Assembly (NCBI RefSeq): GCF_003991155.1
Contig: NZ_CP031293.1
Length of the DNA: 64,000 bases
Source: Escherichia coli
Lineage (GTDB): Bacteria > Pseudomonadota > Gammaproteobacteria > Enterobacterales > Enterobacteriaceae
Strand: one strand, 5' to 3'
Below the pieces are notes generated by a model, which searched no databases, was not told the DNA's origin, and worked only from the letters and a program-made list of their open reading frames with translations. Positions 54,705 through 64,000 of the stretch are shown in pieces; within the stretch, counting starts at the first letter, position 1; each line of letters opens with the position of its first letter. Made by a program: the position numbers and the translations under genes.

Positions 54705-56137
54705 TGCAGGTTTTACATGTATGTTCAGAGATGTTCCCGCTGCTTAAAACCGGCGGTCTGGCTGATGTTATTGGGGCATTACCCGCAGCACAAATCGCAG
54801 ACGGCGTTGACGCTCGCGTACTGTTGCCTGCATTTCCCGATATTCGCCGTGGCGTGACCGATGCGCAGGTAGTATCCCGTCGTGATACCTTCGCCGGACA
54901 TATCACGCTGTTGTTCGGTCATTACAACGGGGTTGGCATTTACCTGATTGACGCGCCGCATCTCTATGATCGTCCGGGAAGCCCGTATCACGATACCAAC
55001 TTATTTGCCTATACCGACAACGTGTTGCGTTTTGCGCTGCTGGGGTGGGTTGGGGCAGAAATGGCCAGCGGGCTTGACCCATTCTGGCGTCCTGATGTGG
55101 TGCATGCGCACGACTGGCATGCAGGCCTTGCGCCTGCGTATCTGGCGGCGCGCGGGCGTCCGGCGAAGTCGGTGTTTACTGTGCACAACCTGGCCTATCA
55201 AGGCATGTTTTATGCACATCACATGAATGACATCCAATTGCCATGGTCATTCTTTAATATTCATGGGCTGGAATTCAACGGACAAATCTCTTTTCTGAAG
55301 GCCGGTCTGTACTATGCCGATCACATTACGGCAGTCAGCCCAACCTACGCTCGCGAGATCACCGAACCGCAGTTTGCCTACGGTATGGAAGGTCTGTTGC
55401 AACAGCGTCACCGTGAAGGGCGTCTTTCCGGCGTACTGAACGGCGTGGACGAGAAAATCTGGAGTCCAGAGACGGACTTACTGTTGGCCTCGCGTTACAC
55501 CCGCGATACGTTGGAAGATAAAGCGGAAAATAAGCGCCAGTTACAAATCGCAATGGGGCTTAAGGTTGACGATAAAGTGCCGCTTTTTGCAGTGGTGAGC
55601 CGTCTGACCAGCCAGAAAGGTCTCGACCTGGTGCTGGAAGCCTTACCGGGCCTTCTGGAGCAGGGCGGGCAGCTGGCGCTACTCGGCGCGGGCGATCCGG
55701 TGCTGCAGGAAGGTTTCCTTGCGGCGGCAGCGGAATACCCCGGCCAGGTGGGCGTTCAGATTGGCTATCACGAAGCATTTTCGCATCGCATTATGGGCGG
55801 CGCGGACGTCATTCTGGTGCCCAGCCGTTTTGAACCGTGCGGCTTAACGCAACTTTATGGATTGAAGTACGGTACGCTGCCGTTAGTGCGGCGCACCGGT
55901 GGGCTTGCTGATACGGTTTCTGACTGTTCTCTTGAGAACCTTGCAGATGGCGTCGCCAGTGGGTTTGTCTTTGAAGATAGTAATGCCTGGTCGCTATTAC
56001 GGGCTATTCGACGTGCTTTTGTACTGTGGTCCCGTCCTTCACTGTGGCGGTTTGTGCAACGTCAGGCTATGGCAATGGATTTTAGCTGGCAGGTCGCGGC
56101 GAAGTCGTACCGTGAGCTTTACTATCGCTTGAAATAG
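54704..56137 (+). CDS. glgA: Glycogen synthase GlgA
   Basis: ORF track 477 aa; KTGGL motif. Confidence 0.95.
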
Positions 56138-58603
<2,466 letters not shown>

Positions 58604-58610
58604 GTTCGCT

Positions 58611-58648
58611 AAAAAACAGAACGGGGCCAAAAGGTCCCGTTTTTTTTC
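58611..58648 (+). terminator. Rho-independent terminator after glgP
   Basis: aacggggcc-aaaa-ggtcccgtt stem followed by tttttttt. Confidence 0.6.
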
Positions 58649-58719
58649 GCCTTTATTTAGGAAAAGTGTCCAGAGGGGGCGAGGGTTATCGGGGAGTATA
58701 ATTTCGCCATTCAGCAAGA

Positions 58720-60237
58720 ATGGAAAGAATAATGCAAAACGGAAAATGGATTTTGACCTCGCTGGTAATGACTTTTTTTGGCATCCCCATACTGGCGCAA
58801 TTTTTGGCAGCGGTTGTTGCCATGCTGGGGGCCGGGCTTGCCGCTATTCTTGAGGTTTGCAATTTACTCTTTACGCCAACAATTTATCTTCTACTCAACG
58901 TCTTTATGCTGACGCTGGGGGCGATAATCATATTTTTCTCTGGTCGCGTGTGGACTGGTGATAGCGCACCAGAAAAAAGAGAAATAGCCGCCTGGCGACA
59001 ATGCTTTTTTCTCTTACCCGCGCTATTAACCCTGATTGGCTGGATAATCGCGCTACATCTGGCAGATTATCAACTTCGCCAGATGGGAGCCGGTTGGTTG
59101 GCAAACCTTATGCTTCCCTGGTTGGGCGTTTTTACAGTCTCATTCGTCGGTGGTGAGTACTGGTGGATAGTCATTATTCCCGTTGGCGCGCATATCAGTT
59201 TTTCACTGGGATACGGCTGGCCGACCAGACACCCTTTAACCGGCACCTCCGGTCTACGTTGCCGTAATTTACTTCTGTTCATTCTTCTCTTACTGGGTAT
59301 TGTCGCTGGTTATCAGGCTTATTTATATAAACAGCTTAATCCCGGCGTCGGTGTGCGTGAAAATATTGATACCTGGGCCTGGCGACCCGATAAACTTAAT
59401 AATCAACTGACGCCACTGCGTGGTAAACCACAAATTCAATTTACGCAAAACTGGCCGCGACTCGATGGCGCTACGGCGGCGTACCCCATTTATGCCTCTG
59501 CATTTTATGCATTAAGTGTAATACCAGAGGATTTTCACGTTTGGGATTATCTGGATAACTCTCGTACGCCAGAAGCATATAACAAAATCGTTAACGGTGA
59601 TGCCGATATTATTTTCGTGGCGCAACCTTCCGATGGGCAAAAAAAACGCGCTGAGAAATCGGGCGTCACTTTGCTGTACACGCCATTTGCCCGTGAAGCG
59701 TTTGTTTTCATCGTCAATGCGGATAATCCGGTTAATTCCCTGACTGAACAACAAGTGCGTGACATTTTTAGTGGCGAAATTACCAACTGGCGCACGGTTG
59801 GCGGTAAGGATCAGGAGATCCAGACCTGGCAACGCCCGGAAGACTCTGGCAGCCAGACAGTGATGCAATCACAGGTCATGAAAAATGTCCGCATGATCTC
59901 GCCGCAGGAAACCGAAGTGGCAAGCATGATGGAGGGAATGATTAAAGTCGTTGCCGAATACCGTAATACAAACAACGCAATAGGCTACACCTTCCGCTAT
60001 TACGCAACACAAATGAATGCCGATAAAAATATAAAACTGCTAGCGATTAACGGTATTGCACCGACTGCGGAAAATATTCGTAACGGCAAATATCCGTATA
60101 TCATCGATGCCTTTATGGTAACGCGGGAAAATACTACGTCAGAAACACAAAAACTGGTCGAATGGTTTTTAACGCCGCAGGGACAGAGTCTGGTGGAAGA
60201 TGTGGGCTATGTGCCGCTGTATCCAACAATGAAATAA
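58720..60237 (+). CDS. Membrane-anchored PstS-like (PBP type 2) binding-domain protein: N-terminal polytopic domain fused to periplasmic binding domain
   Basis: ORF track 505 aa; about 200 aa hydrophobic N-terminus then PstS-like motifs GATAAYPIYASAF, VAQPSDGQKKRAE, INGIAPTAENIRNGKYPY. The region corresponds to the yzgL pseudogene position of K-12 as I recall it. Confidence 0.7.
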   Translation: MERIMQNGKWILTSLVMTFFGIPILAQFLAAVVAMLGAGLAAILEVCNLLFTPTIYLLLNVFMLTLGAIIIFFSGRVWTGDSAPEKREIAAWRQCFFLLPALLTLIGWIIALHLADYQLRQMGAGWLANLMLPWLGVFTVSFVGGEYWWIVIIPVGAHISFSLGYGWPTRHPLTGTSGLRCRNLLLFILLLLGIVAGYQAYLYKQLNPGVGVRENIDTWAWRPDKLNNQLTPLRGKPQIQFTQNWPRLDGATAAYPIYASAFYALSVIPEDFHVWDYLDNSRTPEAYNKIVNGDADIIFVAQPSDGQKKRAEKSGVTLLYTPFAREAFVFIVNADNPVNSLTEQQVRDIFSGEITNWRTVGGKDQEIQTWQRPEDSGSQTVMQSQVMKNVRMISPQETEVASMMEGMIKVVAEYRNTNNAIGYTFRYYATQMNADKNIKLLAINGIAPTAENIRNGKYPYIIDAFMVTRENTTSETQKLVEWFLTPQGQSLVEDVGYVPLYPTMK

Positions 60238-60262
60238 CGCTCGAGAGAAAGGAATCAGCGCA

Positions 60263-61255
60263 ATGAATAAATTCACCGGTGTTTTACTATTAGGTACGGC
60301 GCTACTGGCGGGATGTGTCGACCGGGAAGGGTACTATAACAGCGTCAGGGAAGAAGACAGCCATGGACTGACGTCTCTGCGGGGGCAACCTGAATTACGT
60401 TACAACGATGATTGGTCAAGATGGCCGAGAGTGTACGGCGCTACAGCCTTATACCCGCTGTATGCCTCCGCGTATTATGAATTAGTACCCGAGCCAAAAG
60501 ATAAGGATCGAACCTCGCTGGCCTGGCAGGCGTATGGTTTGCAACAAACCCGAACAGCTGAAGCCTACGATAGTCTGATTAAGGGTACCGCGACGGTTAT
60601 TTTTGTTGCACAACCGTCGGAAGGACAGAAAAAACGTGCAGAAGAAGCAGGTGTTAAACTCAAATATACCGCTTTCGCCCGCGAAGCCTTTGTCTTTATC
60701 GTTGATATCAAAAACCCGGTTAATTCACTTAGCGAACAGCAGGTCAAAGACATTTTTAGCGGTAAAGTGAGTCGCTGGAATAAAGTGGGCGGCGGTGACG
60801 AAAGTATAAAAGTCTGGCAGCGGCCAGAAGATTCTGGAAGCCAAACGGTTATGAAGGGACTGGTTATGCAAGATACTCCAATGCTGCCAGCCAAAAAATC
60901 CACTGTTATCGATCTTATGGGCGGTTTAATTACCGAAGTCGCCGACTACCAAAATACACCATCTTCTATTGGATACACCTTCTACTATTACGTCACACGT
61001 ATGAATGACAATATGCTCAAAATGCGCAAACAGATCAAACTGCTGGCTATAAATGGCGTTGCACCTACAGAGGAAAATATCCGTAACGGCACTTATCCGT
61101 ACATAATTCATGCTTATATGGTGACGCACGAAAACCCTACGCTGGAAACACAGAAATTCGTCGACTGGTTTTTAAGCCCGCAGGGACAGCAATTGGTAGA
61201 GGATGTGGGCTATGTGCCGATTTATGACGCATCATCCGAATCATCAGGACAATAA
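60263..61255 (+). CDS. PstS-like (PBP type 2) lipoprotein, paralog of the upstream binding domain
   Basis: ORF track 330 aa; lipobox LLAGC; same PstS-like motifs (GATALYPLYASAY, VAQPSEGQKKRAE, INGVAPTEENIRNGTYPY). Confidence 0.7.
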   Translation: MNKFTGVLLLGTALLAGCVDREGYYNSVREEDSHGLTSLRGQPELRYNDDWSRWPRVYGATALYPLYASAYYELVPEPKDKDRTSLAWQAYGLQQTRTAEAYDSLIKGTATVIFVAQPSEGQKKRAEEAGVKLKYTAFAREAFVFIVDIKNPVNSLSEQQVKDIFSGKVSRWNKVGGGDESIKVWQRPEDSGSQTVMKGLVMQDTPMLPAKKSTVIDLMGGLITEVADYQNTPSSIGYTFYYYVTRMNDNMLKMRKQIKLLAINGVAPTEENIRNGTYPYIIHAYMVTHENPTLETQKFVDWFLSPQGQQLVEDVGYVPIYDASSESSGQ

Positions 61256-61257
61256 AG

Positions 61258-61863
61258 ATGAATAAAATCAGACTTTATATTCCTCCGTTAATTCTTGGTT
61301 TTGTTATTGTGCCGTTGTTGGTGTGGCCGACGGTGGTTGCGCTGGCTGCTTGTGTTATCACGCTGAGTTTTATGGGAGAAATACTGTTCTCTATCCCGCT
61401 CATGTTCAGGAGTATTTCACTTCTGGAATTCCAACTTGGGTTATTGGCTGAATATGCACTTTTTTTCTGTGCCATGTGTTGCGTTGGTTGGCAATTTTCT
61501 TGCAGAACTCAATCTGAACTGAAAAGCAGACTCCATTGTTGGTTGGTATTTGCACCAGTTTATTTCTGGTTGCTCCTGTGGAATATCATTTTCTATGTCG
61601 CGCCAGCGCAAATTGCTTTGCTGGAAAATATGCGCAATTTCTTTCTGACCATTGTCTGGTTACCCCTGAATTTTTTTCAATTTGGGTCTCAGCCGTGGAC
61701 TGACTTTATCGGTCCGATAAGCGCCCAGCTTGGTTTTGCATTGGGATATTATTGCCAGTGGCGTAGCAAAAATAGAAGTCAGAGGAAGAAGTGGGGCGAG
61801 TGGGTAACGTGCTTAAGTTTGGCGATTTTAGCTCAGGGGCCGTTATTCAATTATTTACAATGA
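61258..61863 (+). CDS. Polytopic membrane protein resembling the N-terminal membrane domain of the 58720..60237 product
   Basis: ORF track 201 aa; hydrophobic; shares a short motif (GFALGYY vs SFSLGYGW) and size with the N-terminal domain of the first gene. Start 3 nt after the upstream stop. Confidence 0.6.
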   Translation: MNKIRLYIPPLILGFVIVPLLVWPTVVALAACVITLSFMGEILFSIPLMFRSISLLEFQLGLLAEYALFFCAMCCVGWQFSCRTQSELKSRLHCWLVFAPVYFWLLLWNIIFYVAPAQIALLENMRNFFLTIVWLPLNFFQFGSQPWTDFIGPISAQLGFALGYYCQWRSKNRSQRKKWGEWVTCLSLAILAQGPLFNYLQ

Positions 61864-61883
61864 ATAGTCTAAGAATCCAAATA

Positions 61884-61908
61884 GCCCGGTTGCACTTCAC
61901 AACCGGGC
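61884..61908. terminator. Bidirectional hairpin between membrane-protein gene and glpD
   Basis: gcccggttg ... caaccgggc inverted repeat read from sequence. Confidence 0.45.
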
Positions 61909-61915
61909 ATCATCC

Positions 61916-63421
61916 TTACGACGCCAGCGATAACCTCTGCTGCGTATACTCCACCAGCCACTGACTCACACGAGATTGTTGATCCGCATTCAGCCACATG
62001 CCTTGTTTTGTGCGACGCCACAGGGCATCGTCGGCGCGACGGACCCATTCGTGATCCACCAGGTATTTCAGTTCCGCTTCGTAGAACTCATGACCGAAAT
62101 CTTCCCCGAGGTCGCTTATCGCTCCCGCGTTGCCGAGCAGCAGTTCGCTGTTGCTGCCGTAAGTGCGCGCGTAGTGACGTGCCAGCGATTCGGTCAGGAA
62201 CGGGTAACGGCGGCGCAGGCGGGCGGCGTAATCGTCACGGTCGCCTTCAATGGCACCACCCGGCAGCACGCTCTCTTTCGTCCACGTCGGACCAATGCCC
62301 TGATAATATGGCGTCAGTTTTTCCAGCGCATGTTCTGCCAGTTTTCGGTAGGTGGTCAGCTTACCGCCGAATACCGACAGCAGCGGTGCTTTGCCGTTTT
62401 CATCATGGATATCAAGGGTGTAATCACGGGTAATAGCCTGCGGCGAGTCGGACTCATCATCACACAGCGGACGCACACCGGAATAGGTCCAGACGATATC
62501 GTCACGGCTAAGCTGTTTTTTAAAGTGCGCGTTATACACTTTCAGCAGGTAATTGATTTCACTCTCTTCAATCTTCACCGCTTTCGGATCGCCTTTGTAT
62601 TCCACATCGGTGGTGCCGATGATGGAAAACTCGTCCATCCACGGGATCACGAACACAATACGTTTATCTTCGTTTTGCAGAATGTAGGCTTGCTTCTGGG
62701 TATGCACGCGTGGCACCACAATATGGCTGCCTTTGATCAGGCGAATGCCATAAGGCGAAGGCAGATGCATCCCCTCGTCGAAGAACTGTTTCACCCACGG
62801 GCCGGTGGCGTTCACCAGGCCGCGCGCCTGCCAGGTGCATTTTTTGCCGGTATCGATATCTTCTGCTTCCACAATCCACAGGCCGTTTTCGCGGCGAGCA
62901 GAAGTGGCACGAGTACGAGTAAGCACTTCACCGCCTTTACGTACCACCATCTGGGCGTTGGCGAGTACCAGACGGGCGTCGTCTACCCAACAGTCAGAAT
63001 ATTCGAATCCGCGCTTAATTTCCGGTTTTAACACTGAGTTTGCGCCAAAACGCAAACCGGTTGATCCCGGCAGGCTGGTGCGTTTACCCAGATGATCGTA
63101 CATAAACAGACCAATGCGAATCATCCACGCCGGGCGCAGATGCGGACGATGTGGCAGGCGAAAACGCATCGGGAAGGCGATATGCGGAGCCATTTTCAGC
63201 AACACTTCACGTTCAGCCAGCGCCTCGCTGACCAGGCGGAATTCATAGTGCTCAAGGTAGCGCAGGCCACCGTGAATGAGTTTTGAACTGGCGGAAGAGG
63301 TCGCGCAAGCGAGATCCTGCGCCTCCAGCATCAGCACGGATAAACCGCGTCCAGCGGCGTCTGCCGCGATACCAGCACCATTGATGCCGCCACCTATCAC
63401 AATCAGATCTTTGGTTTCCAT
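61916..63421 (-). CDS. glpD: Aerobic glycerol-3-phosphate dehydrogenase GlpD
   Basis: ORF track 61916..63436; start moved to METKDLIVIGGGINGAGIA giving 501 aa; FAD-binding GxGxxG. Confidence 0.95.
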   Translation of the reverse strand: METKDLIVIGGGINGAGIAADAAGRGLSVLMLEAQDLACATSSASSKLIHGGLRYLEHYEFRLVSEALAEREVLLKMAPHIAFPMRFRLPHRPHLRPAWMIRIGLFMYDHLGKRTSLPGSTGLRFGANSVLKPEIKRGFEYSDCWVDDARLVLANAQMVVRKGGEVLTRTRATSARRENGLWIVEAEDIDTGKKCTWQARGLVNATGPWVKQFFDEGMHLPSPYGIRLIKGSHIVVPRVHTQKQAYILQNEDKRIVFVIPWMDEFSIIGTTDVEYKGDPKAVKIEESEINYLLKVYNAHFKKQLSRDDIVWTYSGVRPLCDDESDSPQAITRDYTLDIHDENGKAPLLSVFGGKLTTYRKLAEHALEKLTPYYQGIGPTWTKESVLPGGAIEGDRDDYAARLRRRYPFLTESLARHYARTYGSNSELLLGNAGAISDLGEDFGHEFYEAELKYLVDHEWVRRADDALWRRTKQGMWLNADQQSRVSQWLVEYTQQRLSLAS

Positions 63422-63439
63422 GCTGCCCTCATTCACTTT

Positions 63440-63500
63440 CGTTAAAGTTCATAAATGTTCGTTATCGAACATATTAGCAAAGAATCGCGCTTTGGGTAAC
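63440..63500. promoter_or_regulatory. glpD/glpE divergent control region with GlpR operator palindrome
   Basis: atgttcgttatcgaacat at 63455..63472 is a near-perfect palindrome of the GlpR operator type. Confidence 0.55.
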
Positions 63501-63532
63501 ATTGAAAAAACATTTTAGAGTGATATGTATAA

Positions 63533-63937
<405 letters not shown>

Positions 63938-63981
63938 CGCTTTATACTGTCCCCTTTTGTGTGGAATAAGCGACAGCAACG

Positions 63982-64000
63982 ATGTTGATGATTACCTCTT
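63982..64000 (+). CDS. glpG: Rhomboid protease GlpG, first codons only (partial at window edge)
   Basis: atgttgatgattacctct = MLMITS, the GlpG N-terminus as I recall it; synteny after glpE. Only 19 nt visible. Confidence 0.45.

Overview
This window is an Escherichia coli chromosomal segment that is collinear with the K-12 map from the nickel operon to the glycerol-3-phosphate genes, in reverse orientation relative to K-12 as I recall it. In order it carries nikRABCDE, acpT, yhhT, yhhS, dcrB, yhhQ, tusA, zntA, yhhN, yhhM, yhhL, rsmD, ftsYEX, rpoH, livJ, panM, livKHMGF, ugpBAECQ, yhhA, ggt, yhhY, ryhB, yhhX, yhhW, gntRKU, yhgN, asd, glgBXCAP, glpD and glpE, with the first codons of glpG at the edge. 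Most of it is core housekeeping sequence, identified by reading the translated ORFs for family motifs; no alignment or database search was run, so every name is recognition from memory. Four accessory or variable segments stand out. The strongest candidate for an undescribed system is a translationally coupled two-gene module inserted between gntU and yhgN (43730..47028): a RecQ-family SF2 helicase fused to a Cys cluster and a ComFC-like phosphoribosyltransferase-type domain, followed by a full-length DprA paralog. The second is an AT-rich islet between ggt and yhhY carrying an intact Hcp-HNH nuclease effector (yhhZ-type) with a probable immunity gene and a yrhB reading frame broken by an in-frame stop. 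The third is a HicA/HicB-like toxin-antitoxin pair cut by the left window edge next to nikR. The fourth is a three-gene locus between glgP and glpD encoding two paralogous PstS-like binding-domain proteins and a related membrane protein. No tRNA, rRNA, CRISPR array, integrase or transposase was seen.
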